This document shows positions 1 through 11,435 of a stretch of DNA of 64,000 nucleotides, piece after piece. The translations under genes were made by a program, and so were the position numbers. Under the pieces are notes generated by a model. It saw nothing but the letters and a program-made list of their open reading frames with translations, did not search any database and was not told the DNA's origin. Position 1 is the stretch's first letter. The number at the start of each line of letters is the position of its first letter. The stretch spans positions 1-64,000 of the forward strand of contig NW_027191419.1 of assembly GCF_041146345.1 (NCBI RefSeq), given 5' to 3'. The stretch is from Neodothiora populina (Eukaryota).

Positions 1-103
1 CCTAACCCTAACCCTAACCCTAACCCTAACCCTAACCCTAACCCTAACCCTAACCCTAACCCTAACCCTAACCCTAACCCTAACCCTAACCCTAACCCTA
101 ACC
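1..103. repeat. Telomeric repeat (CCCTAA)n, left chromosome end
   Basis: Perfect CCCTAA tandem array (about 17 units) from base 1, C-rich strand on +. Confidence 0.99.
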
Positions 104-1467
104 TAGCGTAGTTAAGTATCCGTTACATTAAATTTAAAGGAGAAACATAGTAGTCCTTACTACACGGGACTTAGCGGCAGCATAAAGCGAGATATACTTT
201 AAAGAACAGCCCGACACAAATACCACTACAGCCGTGGATAGCACCTCCATAGCAAGACCGGTCCACTTAGTGCGTTGCAGATATAGATGAAGTAAGGAGA
301 CAGCTACGTACAGCACAGAACTACGGGCCTGTAGTTTTATATACTAACGCTTCCGTACGGAATAAGGTAAGCAGGTGTGCAGTAGTAAGAAAGGTCGGTT
401 CGTCTACATTACAAGTTGTGGACAAGGCGACTATTAGATAAACTAAGACATGCTCGGTCCTATCTACGAAGCTATAAGCAATAAAGATAGCGTTAGATTA
501 TATCCTTACCTTGCACGGTCCGAACTGTAAGTATGTGATTACTACAGACAGCTAAGAGGCACTTTAAGCTATAGTGAAGGGCAACGGTACTAAGCGAAGT
601 AAGGAAGTACTTCAAGGTACCCTCTAAACGCTTCGAGACGCTGAACAGAGTAAACTTAACGTGACCTTTGTTTAAGTACTAGCACATACAAGAAATGCAG
701 GAAACGAATGTGCTTATTAAGCTGCCTAGACTACTACAGAGACAGGCACGAAACCATTTAGGAACTCTAACGTCCGAATTAAAAAGAGCGGAGTAGTTTA
801 AACACTCCTTATTAAGAACCTTGCAGAACAAAGGCGTCTAGAAGCTTAGACATTAAGAACAAATAGATAAGGTTAATACACATAGAGGCTAAATGCAGCT
901 CTCCTAAATAAGTACACGCTTAAGCTCTACAGAGCGCTAAACTCCGAGCAAGCGGGTATTCTCGTACAAGTAAGAACGAACTATATTTATCTCTAATCCT
1001 ATCTAGCAAAGATTAAAGTCGAGGAAAGTAGTAAATGCGAATGCGGGCAGGAAGACAAGACAGTAGCTTACGTGCTTCTCCGGTGCTAGCGTTAAACAAG
1101 TATACAAGCAGAACTTAAGTAGATAGCAGGGAACAGATGAAGTAAATTGTCCTTTCTACTAGGAGGGTACAGTAAGAAACGAGAAATGTACACAGATCAG
1201 CTAGTAGATAGCCCGCTTAAGTGGTGGAGACTGAATTTGAAAATAGTGAAAGCGACGGTCCGGTTTCTTTAACAGACAACCAGGATGGCAGCTATTCCTT
1301 CACAGCAACAGGAGGGTGGCGATTAAGGAACAAGGGGCGTTAGGGTTCTTCTTTTATTATCCGTGAGGCTAAGCAACAGACAAGAAAATGAGGGAACGAC
1401 ATTGGACAGCTCATACGGACGATAAGACCGTGAATAGCTTGATAGACTAATCAATCAATCAATCAAT
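104..1467 (+). mobile_element. RIP-degenerated Tad/CgT1-like non-LTR retrotransposon, 3' part (RNase H, C-terminal zinc knuckle, 3' UTR, (AATC)n tail)
   Basis: Reading through stops gives PWIAPP*, VLYTNAS (331), STKL*AI, ITTDS*EAL and V*VLAHTRNAGNECA (RNase H motifs), then CECG..TVAYVLLRC. Stops are TAA/TAG at W and Q positions. Ends in (AATC)4 at 1449-1467. Confidence 0.9.
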
Positions 1468-2160
1468 ACTGGGTAGTTAGGGCCCTGGGGCAAATACACT
1501 GGACGCCTAGATATGGCTCTCCCCGGGAAGCACACTATAAGCTTATACAACGCCCTTACCGCCGAACAAGCGAGAATCCTTGTTTAGGCAAGGACAAACC
1601 ACTCTCACCTTCAGGACTTTAAAGCAAGGATTAAAGCAGTGCCATCAGCACAGTGCTTATGCGGCAGCGCGAGGGAAACGGTTCGCCACGTTCTCTTAGA
1701 GTGCGCTAAGTGGAGGGACCTTCGTACGAGGTTACAGAGAGAGGCAGGGCCGAGATGGGGCGACTTATCATATATGTTAGGGGGCTACACAGCAAGAACG
1801 GACTGGAAGACAGGGAAACTAATCGACGGCGATAAGACAAAGTGGAAGCCAAATTTACAAATGGTTAAGGCAACAATACACTTCTTACAACACACTAAAA
1901 GGATGGAAGGGACACCGTACGACGAGGCAAGTTAAGCAGGGTTGAAACGCATAAAAAAAAAAAAAACTAAAAAAAAAACGAAAAACTAAAAAGAAAGGAA
2001 CTCCAGTAATAACATCGTCCCCAGTATGTTATTAAGTTAGAGTGGGAACTTAGTTGAGACAAAGGCAATGCGGAGTTTAGATGTTAGGTTATCTTCAAGG
2101 ACAGCTCATATAGGCATAAGCCTACAAATAGCTTATAGATTAAATCAAATCAAATCAAAA
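1468..2160 (+). mobile_element. Second, divergent Tad-like LINE 3' fragment (post-RNase H region, zinc knuckle, 3' UTR, (AAATC)n tail)
   Basis: LDMALPGKHTISLYNAL...ARILV*ARTNHSHL...CLCGSARETVRHVLLECAKW...WGDLSYMLGG is colinear with element 1. ORF 1639-1935. Same 3' UTR motif at 2099-2160. Confidence 0.9.
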
Positions 2161-2189
2161 CCTATAGTTAGAAACTCCACGATTAAGGC

Positions 2190-3852
2190 ATGGTGACAGG
2201 ACGTAACCCTCGAAAATATCCTGCAAAAGCTGGCTGCAAAAGTTGAAGGCCTTTTGGACGCGTTGACTAATTCATAACGTATAGATAATGCACAGACTGT
2301 GAAAGATGAACAGGTCTACACTGCTGATGGCTACTCCTTGCTTCGGCAGATCATCTTCATCATGACGGTGTGTTTGTCCATGTTCACCAGTCAGTTAGGC
2401 CTATGCAACAGCCTTACGACGCTCGAGATCATCGGAGATTCCTTCGGTGTCACCGCTCCTGGCGAACTCTCGTGGATAATTTCTGGCTACGGCTTGTCTC
2501 TAGGCACATTCATTTTGATTGGAGGACGTTTGGGTGATGAGCTTGGCAACAAGGCAGTCTTTGTCATCGGTATGGGCTGGCTTGCTTTGACCAGCATGAT
2601 GGCAGGAGTCTCTGTTCACTCCAGCTACCCCGTCTACATCCTTGCTCGTGTCCTGCAGGGCCTTGGTCCGGCCCTGACTGTGCCTAATGCACTCGCCATC
2701 ATGGGCAAAAGCTTTTCTCAGGGCCCTCGGAACATGGGGTTCGCATGGTTTGCTCCATCAGCCCCAGCCGGCGCGATGGCAGGTCTCGTCTTCGGACCTC
2801 TCTTCGCCATGGCTTGGTGGCCATGGATATACTGGAGTCAGGCTTTGGGGGTTGCCCTTCTCTTCGTCCTCGCTATTGTTGCAATTCCAAACATGCCTGT
2901 CGAGGGTGAGCAAAAGAAGCGACGACCGATTCGCGAAACTTTGGACCGCCTTGATCTCCCGGGCGGTGCAAGCGGTGTGACAGCTCTGGTTCTGTTCAAC
3001 TTCGCTTGGAATCAGAGCCTGGTCACCACGTGGAATGAACCTGACGTCTACGTATGCCTGATCCTCAGTTTCTTGTTCCTGGCGGCGTTCTTCTACATTG
3101 AACTTCGCCTAGCTAGCTATCCAATCCTACCTGTTGCTGTCCTCACGTCCGACATCCCCTTCGTATTTGGTTGTACAGCAGCGGGCTGGTCGACATCTGG
3201 CATTTGGGTAAGTACTGATCTTTGCTCCCAAATCATGTCAAACTAACGTTATGTCGAGCTTTTCTACGTCACGCAAATATGCCTCAACATCGGTGGCCAC
3301 ACCCCCATCGAATTGGCTGCTTGGCTTTCTCCCATCCTCATCACCGGCATAATAACAGCATTGGTTGTTGGCAAAATCATCACCAAGGTTCCAGCCGCGT
3401 CCATCATGTTGTTTGCAATGTTTTGCTACTTCCTCACTTCCCTTCTCATGGCCTTGCGACCCGTACACTCGACGTATTGGACGTACTTATTTTTCGCCAC
3501 CATCTTTGCCACCTTTGCAATGGATTCATCGTTGCCCGCTGCCACAATCATCTTCTCGAACGCGGTGCCTCGACAGTACCAGGGTAAGGGATCCAGTGTG
3601 ATCATGACAATTGTTGTCTATAGTATATCGTTAGGTCTTGGTTTCGCGGGTACCATTGAGCTTCAAATTAACAACGGTGGACACACTAAGGCAGACTTGC
3701 TTTATGGCTTCCGGGGTACTCTGTGGTTTTCTGTTGGTTTGACGGCCTTAGGCACTGTTCTCGCCCTGATCTTTCTTTGCAAAGATTATCGAAGACAAAA
3801 GTTGGCCAGAAATCAGGAGAAAGAGGAATATGCCGATTCAACGGAGGCTTGA
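2190..3852 (+). CDS. MFS drug:H+ antiporter (DHA2, ATR1/aminotriazole-resistance-like)
   Basis: GTFILIGGRLGDELG, ARVLQGLGPALTVPNALA and many TM helices. Intron 3208-3258 joins ORFs 2299-3246 and 3313-3852 in frame. Start 2190 is tentative, via a putative intron about 2203-2284. Confidence 0.85.
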
Positions 3853-4205
3853 ATGGTTGAAGGGTTGTTCACTCGTCAGATTTCTGTCACTCGCTAGGCA
3901 GCTGAAGATCCCGCCCGTGCTGGTGCCAATGAGGATAGTGGGGCCGGTAGGCTACATGCACACGATGGCCAGTGCCGCAGCCTGGGGCTAGAATCGGAGT
4001 TCGATCCATCGGCTGCGGGCACGCCCGGTGAAGTAGACAATGGAAACCTGCTTTACTCGCCGCTTGATCAACATGAGGTATTGTCGGTAGTCTTGCACAT
4101 ACGAATAACGTGGAGTAAAGAAACGATCCTGTTGATCGCTATCTGTCAAGGCTATAACACGATTGTCTTATCCTCAACTCGTCTATCTTGTCCGAAGGTT
4201 CAAAG

Positions 4206-4811
4206 ATGGGGGGTCTTTTGTTTCCTGTAGTCTGCGCCGCACCGCTAAGCAAAGAGGTCAGTGGCATTCATCTGCCCTCTACCTAGCATCAGCTCAGCAC
4301 TGACTCCTATTAAGGGCCGCAGATTATGAATCGTTTCATCGAGGATAAAGCAGTCGACGAGGACCAGTGGCCACTTGTATTTGTTGACAGCATTGACGAC
4401 TACTACAACGAGGCCTCAGAGGCACCGATAGAGATCGATGGCAATCCAAACTCTCCATTTATCCAAAAGACGCCTCAAGAATGTCACCAATTGCTCTTAA
4501 AGCTTCGCGAGGATACAGAGTTGGAGATTATAACTGACATCTTTGCCATCAAGGACGAGAGGTCAAAAAAGGATAACACTGTTCTACTTGTGTGCGCAGA
4601 GAGGGAGCTTGGTGGAGAACATGAGGTTCTAGCTCTACCGACTGTCCGTGCTACCTGTCGGGTCTGAGCTACTGCATTAATGCTGTATGGTTCGGGACAT
4701 AGTAGCGTTTAAGAGGATGCAGAAAAAGCTGGGTATGAAGTAGGCAATGTCTATCGCGGAACGTGGTCTTCTATCAGGATTTTGTCGCCGCAGCCAGCAA
4801 GGGCGAGCTAA
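4206..4811 (+). pseudogene. Small hypothetical protein gene, probably with premature stops
   Basis: ATG 4206 and intron 4257-4322 join in frame to ORF 4326-4667. Protein-like reading continues past TGA 4665 and TAA 4710. Confidence 0.45.
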
Positions 4812-6620
4812 GATGGCTCAGGCTCCTCGCTGATGTATGAGTGCCATGCTCTACTTTAGCTAAGGAGCCGCGGTGGTAGCTGTTGCGGGTCAATTGCGTC
4901 TTATCGGCTATATCATCTGTGCGGACAGCATGCATATCACGTTCAGTGCAATGCCGGTACTCCATTCAGTTTGTGTTTGTAGGCGTGGAACCCTCCAGAC
5001 GATGAATTGTGTCATGCGACTGCGGGTAATAACCTCAATAACGCCACTGTCGCCTGCTATGTCACTGTCCGGTATCTCAGCAGAGAGCAAATGTAAAGGC
5101 GATACACGAATTCAAGATAGAGTGATTCCCTAGACTTGGAAGAACGATGCTGTAGACAGTGGCCATCGTCAGTTCATTTTGCGACAAAAGACATTCTTCT
5201 TCCATCGGTGGAGACAAAGTTTCAGGCTAGGAGCAAGGCTCTCTGAATACATTGCCGTCGCAACGATAATTCTTTTGGGAGTTTTTTCACGAGCCTGTAG
5301 TACCCTTGTATCGTTCCTGCTCAATGGTAGAGTTATCGTAGGATTGTTCCCAACTAAATGTATCAGGGTATGAATAGAGATGATGAGATATGAGCGAGGG
5401 CGATAATGTGTGAGTCAATAGAAGAGGCTCTTGTCCTCATCAGAGCTATGTTCGCGTCTTACGGCGAAGATCTTGCTATAATCTAGGCTTCTACACAAGT
5501 CCGTATAAAAACGACTATCTCGGATCTGATCAAAGATCAGGGCAAAAATATGAATAAGTCACATCAATAGTAGAGAAGGTTTGCGAGCGCACCAAGAAGA
5601 CAAATGGCTTCTATTCCCACGGTCTTTGACTTGTTCAAGCCACTGCTTTGGCTAGGGTGATAAGCCTCGTTACGCATGATCGAAATAGTATATAAGCTGT
5701 TCAGTTACAACAATTCCCCTCGAACCACAATTCTAAGAAAGAAGATGGTATTTGCTTGACGCAAATCTCAAAATGCTTTGTAAACAAGAAGAAAGTGCTC
5801 GCTAAGCTAGAATAATCTTTAGCTGGTGGATGCTTGTAACAAGATCATGTGTACCCCTTCGAGATAGGCGACTGTTTCCTTCGGCTAAGCATTGCCTAAA
5901 GCCTTACTCGAAGTGATGCGGAGGTGCTTGATGTTTTGCCTTTCCAAAATGACAAAGGCTATCATAATCTTGACATATGACATTACTCAGAATGGAAAGC
6001 AGGAATGGGATAACAATATCGGACAATTCCACCCGAAGTCCTGCACACGAAAAGATGGTGTCATGTCTCAATCAAGTCGCTGTATCGCTGACCGTACCGC
6101 GATCTTCTATCATTTATTAGAGTTTCAGATATCCAAAGTGCTTGTTATAAAGTTCACCCTAAGCTCGTCTACGTTCTTGGAGATAAACTACACGAAACCT
6201 AAATTCTTGAACCCCCAACCTTACTGGGTTTTAGAGTAGAGCATTTGAACTAATAGTTCCCGGCCTCAAGACTTTTTCTTTTTAGGAAGGTCAACAGGCA
6301 TTTCCTACGTGCTCTGTTAATCTTCCAGTACCAAACAGCTGATAGTCCTCACTTCTATGTGAGTAGTGCGTCCGTGAGTGCCAGTAAACACGCTCGTATC
6401 GGATAGGGGATTTGACCTATCTGGAAGGTCAATCACACTTCCACAAGTTGATCTGCAAAGCACCGCGTGCAAATTGAGTTATATAAGATGCTGAAGGCGA
6501 CCAAGTCTTTGAGATATGTGATGGTGAGACAGTCCACCGAAGCTCGACAGTCGTCTCTCTTTCCACAGAAATTTTTCCGCTGCGGGCAATCCTCACAACC
6601 TGCCCGATCGTGTGTTCGCG

Positions 6621-9097
6621 ATGATTTTCGCCTCGCTTCTCACATTGACAGCCTTGGGCCCTTTGTGCGTCCTAGGCTTGAGGCTCCGTGACCAGCTGCC
6701 AGGCACACCTTCCGGCTGGTCTGTCTCGAGTACACCTGCTGCGTCTCAACCGATCACGCTCAAGTTGGTGCTGAAACAGCAGAATGTCGACCAGCTAGAG
6801 AGTCTGCTAGCTTCTGTCTCTGATCCTTTGAGCCCGAAATATGGCCAGTACTATACGGCTGATCAGGTTAATGCCATATTTGCTCCTTCAAGTTCTTCTG
6901 TGGACACAGTCAAGCAGTGGTCTCGAGGGGTCGACCTCGACTACAATATTGATCAATTCTCGCACTTCAACCTCAAGACGACCATAGGAGATGCCAACCA
7001 GATCTTCGGCGCCAATTTCCTGAACTATAGATCCGAAGCAACAGGTGATGAAAAGTTGAGAACTTTGAGTTACTCTGTCCCCGATTCTCTTGACGCCCAC
7101 GTGGATTTTCTGACGCCGACGACCTTTTTCGGTGGTTCCCCTACTGCGGCATTTGAGATCGTGGAAACAGATGTTGAGGACCAAGCCTCGCAGCTTGGTC
7201 GTAGAGCCACAGATTGTGTCATTACTTCGAAGAGTGGTAATCGCTATCTCGCTCCTGACTGCTGGAAAAAGGTGTACAATATCACATATGTCCCTGATGC
7301 CTCAACTGGAAGCAGAATTGGGTTTGGTAGTTTTCTGAACGAAGCCGCCAGTCAGAACGACCTGTTGCTGTTCGAGCAGCGATATGGTATTCCCACGCAG
7401 AACTTCAGCGTCGAGCTGATCAATGGCGGCATCGATAATCAGGATCCTAATTATTCGCTTGTCGGTGAAGCAAATTTGGATGTCCAGAACATGGTCGGGC
7501 TGGGACACCCACTGCCTGTGACTGAATTTATCACAGGCGGCTCTCCACCCTTCATTCCCAACCTGGACGAGCCTACAGACGCAGATAACTCCAATGAGCC
7601 TTATCTAGAATACTACGATTACCTGTTGTCTCGCTCGAATGAACAACTGCCGCAGGTTATATCAAACTCTTACGGCGATGACGAGCAAACCGTTCCCATC
7701 GACTATGCGAAGCGTGTTTGCAACATGATCGGCATGATGGGGCTTCGAGGCATCACCATTTTAGAGTCTTCGGGCGATGCAGGTGTCGGTGCGCCTTGCC
7801 AGGCCAATGGTCCGAACAAGACTGCCGAGTTCACGCCTACCTTCCCTGGCTCCTGTCCGTACGTCGTCAGTGTAGGCGGCACACAATCTATCGACCCCGA
7901 GATCGCCTGGACTGGCTCAGCAGGTGGTTTTAGTAACTATTTTGCTCAGGCTTGGTATCAGAAGTCCGCGGTTCAGGCCTATCTTGATCAATACATCAGT
8001 CCTGAGGTGAAGGCGTATTACGCCCCATACACCAACTTCAGCGGTCGTGGATTCCCTGATATCTCGGCCCACAGTTCCGACCCTTAGTAAGTACAGGTCT
8101 TGGAGGCAAAGTTGATTTTCGCTAATTATGGTGCAGCTGGCCCACGTACTCGAATGGCCGCTTAGGTCTCACCTCCGGCACTTCAGCCTCGGCGCCAGCA
8201 TGGGGGGCTATCATCGGACTCTTGAACGATGCAAGGTTCAAGGCAGGCCAACCCGCCCTTGGATTCGCCAATCCGCTGTTCTACGCTATGAAGTCAGGTT
8301 TCTTGGATGTAACCTTAGGCCAAGCTACTGGTTGCACAGGAGTCAATTCTCAGACTGGCAAAACGCTGCCCGGATCGTCTATTATTGCATTTGCTAGCTG
8401 GAACGCCACCATTGGGTGGGACCCGGTCACCGGTGTCGGACTGCCCAATGTTGGTCTTATGCTAGATGCGATGGGACTCTCTGCATACAACAAATCTGCG
8501 AAAGTATCTTGCCCTTCCTGGAACAACACGCAATATACTGCGTCGACAGGAAGTACTTATGCCATCGAGTGCGGCATCGATCACAACTCGAGTCCATTCT
8601 CTACGGTCTACGTCAATGCCACAAACAGCCTTGACAATTGCATCATGGTATGCGAGGGCACAACGGGCTGCACCGACGTTCAAGTCTCGGGTAGAGCGTG
8701 TTATCTCAAAAGTTCTGTCGGCAAAGCCGTGTACAAGTCCGGTGCAAAGGGCGCTCGTCTGACCTCCCAGCCTACAGGGCTTCACGCCGTTCTCACTGCT
8801 GCACCGAGCTGCCCTTCGTGGAACAACACCATCTTCAACACTACCTCGGGCAACAACTTCATTGTCGAATGTGGTATAGATCATTATGGAGGTGTCATCA
8901 GTATGACCTACGTGAGTGGGGGTATCCAGGCGTGCATTGCGGCTTGCGAGCAGACTGCGGGCTGTGTCGATGCATCTCTGTCGGGCTCGGCGTGCTATCT
9001 GAAGAGCACTGTTAACAAAGCAGTCGCGAACTCTCAGGTTCGCGGAGCTCGTCTGATATCATCGGCCTTGAACAACCAGACGCTCTTCGGCTATTGA
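6621..9097 (+). CDS. Secreted sedolisin/tripeptidyl-peptidase (S53) with two C-terminal PAN/apple-like Cys repeats
   Basis: Signal peptide, prodomain VSDPLSPKYGQY, EANLD, ISNSYG, SSGDAG and GRGFPDISA. Intron 8087-8136 restores catalytic GTSASAP. WDPVTGVG Ca-site motif, then two roughly 85-aa repeats. Confidence 0.93.
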
Positions 9098-9235
9098 CCT
9101 ATCGAAGGCTTGAAATTTGGCGCTTTGGCAGAGAGAATGTTACTCGCGAGCAAGGATTGAGACGGTGGTTATCGATGTGAGCTGTCTAGCTTTCCCTGAT
9201 TTCTTCGTATCTAAGGATGACGCCCATAGTCTAGC

Positions 9236-10507
9236 CTATTTCTCGTTCTCATCCCTGCCCATTCCGCCTCTCTTGGCTTGGAAAGGACCTTCCAACATTC
9301 TGCTAGTTTTATTGACCAGCTGTTTAGCCTTGCTAGACTTGAGCGGAGATTGAGGCGATTTGAAAGTCAAGCCACCCATTTGGTGTTGTAGAGCAACAGT
9401 CTTCCCATTCTTCTTGTCCCAGTATATGTCCAAGCATGTCTCGTAGAGAAGAGTGAGGTCGCGAGCGGCACACACTTCGCCTTCGCTTCTCTTGACAGTA
9501 AGAAGGTCAAGTTCAGTCTGCAATGTGTCATTTCTGGTCGGAATGGTCAAGATCTTGTCTCGAGTCTCGTCATCGAAGTATGGTTTGCCAAGAAAAAATC
9601 CATGTCCAGTACCATCGAGCCTCTTCTGTGCCCCGTTATCTTTGCCATACGTGCGAAGATCATGTATGAAATTCTCACACATCTGACCGAAGTTGGGGAT
9701 TTGCCGGCAGAGTTCGGTGAGAATGGCTTCACGAGAATGGCGGATCTGGTTGTGCGAGTCCCACAGGGGAAGGAAATCATCGGCCCATGGCCCACGGATG
9801 AGAGAACGTTGCCAGACTGCCGCTGTCAACCGATCTTTGAGCATCACACCGTTAGAACCGAAGGATTGCACGACGATGTCAATTGGAGCCCTGCCATCGT
9901 CGCGTTGTGAAGATATCCAGCAAGTGAGGTAGTCCTTGCTGAGTATGACAGATTCACCCTCGCCCAGCTCAATAGTTATCATTTCACTCTCGTCGGCTAT
10001 TGTTTCCATGGTGCTGACGTCGATCGCTCCAGAGGCATGTTGGGGCGTTGGTCGTATGAAGACATCTGGAACAAGGGCTCCTCGTGAGGCCTTTCTCCGT
10101 TCTTTCAGAGAGTTCTCGTGGCTTGCAGCCTTCGAAGGGTTCGGTGAAGGATTATCAAGTCCGCGCACCATAATCACAACCACGTAATCCTTCTGACAAT
10201 AGAGGTTGTAGGTCACCAAGATGCTCTCCTCGGGGAGAAGACGGACCGCAGCAGCCATACTTGCCGTGTGCAAGTAGAAAGCATACTTGCTAGTATCGTC
10301 TCTGATCTTGAGCATACTCAAGCAGTCCGACATGGTGATTCCATGTCGTTTGATCTCCGCAAAAGTCTGCTGCTGCTGCACGAATCGGGGCAGTACCATG
10401 TGTTCTCTGACGATGAACCAGAGCTGTTCATCTTGCGGTTTCATACTTGAAGTGCAGCTCATCTTCGAATTAGCCATGATCCCAAGCGAGTGCAGAGATT
10501 TAGTCAC
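9236..10507 (-). CDS. Hypothetical protein (about 410-420 aa; 5' end uncertain)
   Basis: Long uninterrupted ORF with globular composition; no motif recognised. Confidence 0.6.
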   Translation of the reverse strand: MTKSLHSLGIMANSKMSCTSSMKPQDEQLWFIVREHMVLPRFVQQQQTFAEIKRHGITMSDCLSMLKIRDDTSKYAFYLHTASMAAAVRLLPEESILVTYNLYCQKDYVVVIMVRGLDNPSPNPSKAASHENSLKERRKASRGALVPDVFIRPTPQHASGAIDVSTMETIADESEMITIELGEGESVILSKDYLTCWISSQRDDGRAPIDIVVQSFGSNGVMLKDRLTAAVWQRSLIRGPWADDFLPLWDSHNQIRHSREAILTELCRQIPNFGQMCENFIHDLRTYGKDNGAQKRLDGTGHGFFLGKPYFDDETRDKILTIPTRNDTLQTELDLLTVKRSEGEVCAARDLTLLYETCLDIYWDKKNGKTVALQHQMGGLTFKSPQSPLKSSKAKQLVNKTSRMLEGPFQAKRGGMGRDENEK

Positions 10508-10941
10508 GGACGAACAGAGAAAAGAGAACAGAGTACCTTAGCATCCCATTACAAGACCTAAAACTTTACATACTTGCTTGATGATGGGAAGTCACGATAC
10601 AGTCGAAAGTACTTCCGATTGGGAAGGAACTTGTTATACGATACCTTACCTTACCTTCGCTGCAACAAGCTTCTAGCCTTATGCGACCTTGACTTGAAGT
10701 ATGTTCGAAAGCATGGAATGCACGAATCAAGATCATCTGGACTACCTGAATACGCGCATTTATTTCACCTTAGCTCGGGGCGGAAGCTTAATGGGCAGTC
10801 AAGGAAAGCCAAAGGTAGACGGCGAACTTCCTTTACATGCCAGCTCCAGAACCGGCGCTTCTCAAATACCATCATCTCACGAACACCATCTTCCTTCTTT
10901 CTTATCAACAAACTTACGAACCATGTCCGTCTGCCATCAAA

Positions 10942-11398
10942 ATGCCCAAAGGCAGACTTGTTCCCACTGATGCAAAATCTCCAGGAGAAGTCGTGGACAC
11001 CATGAGTTTATTAGAGCTCCAGGCAGATCACGAGTTGTGGTACAAGGTGAGTCCGACAAAACGCGCTTGTAGGTTCGAAAGGCTAACAGAGTTCCGCTTG
11101 TACTTCTCTCGAGCTACTATTCCTACAGTTTGCAGTCATGCTTAGTGCAGGCCGGACTTATATGAAGACATACACACTCACGCGATACAAAGCTTCACTC
11201 CGAGGGAGTGATCCACTGATTGGGTCTGCTCGCGAAATTGCGATGACGGATCTAGGCTCTATCGATGCTGTCTCGTGTTCCTTGCTCTGCCACGAGAGCA
11301 TCTCATCTACTCGAAACCACGTGGTTCGAAGACGAACCCCATCAGCGTGCGCTTACCATAGACAAGACATTGTCAGGACAGATGACAGGGTCAATTAG
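10942..11398 (+). CDS. Possible small spliced gene or gene remnant
   Basis: AAAATG start, donor AAG|GTGAGT at about 11047 and GCTAAC branch; can join in frame to ORF 11138-11398. Confidence 0.3.
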
Positions 11399-11435
11399 TA
11401 GTTATGAAGTCTTGCCCTGCTCTATTGAGAAATTT

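Noticed and set aside
1339..1482. Single TTAGGG words near the LINE-LINE junction as telomeric target remnants
   Set aside because: They are single copies in the opposite orientation to the telomere, and one is within coding sequence (LGPWG).
1953..1998. A-rich tract resembling a retroelement poly(A) tail
   Set aside because: It lies inside the 3' UTR of element 2; the true end is the conserved stem-loop and (AAATC)n at 2099-2160.
3972..4022. GC-rich hairpin enclosing a B-box-like GAGTTCGATCC (tRNA or SINE?)
   Set aside because: No cloverleaf, convincing A-box, terminator or second copy.
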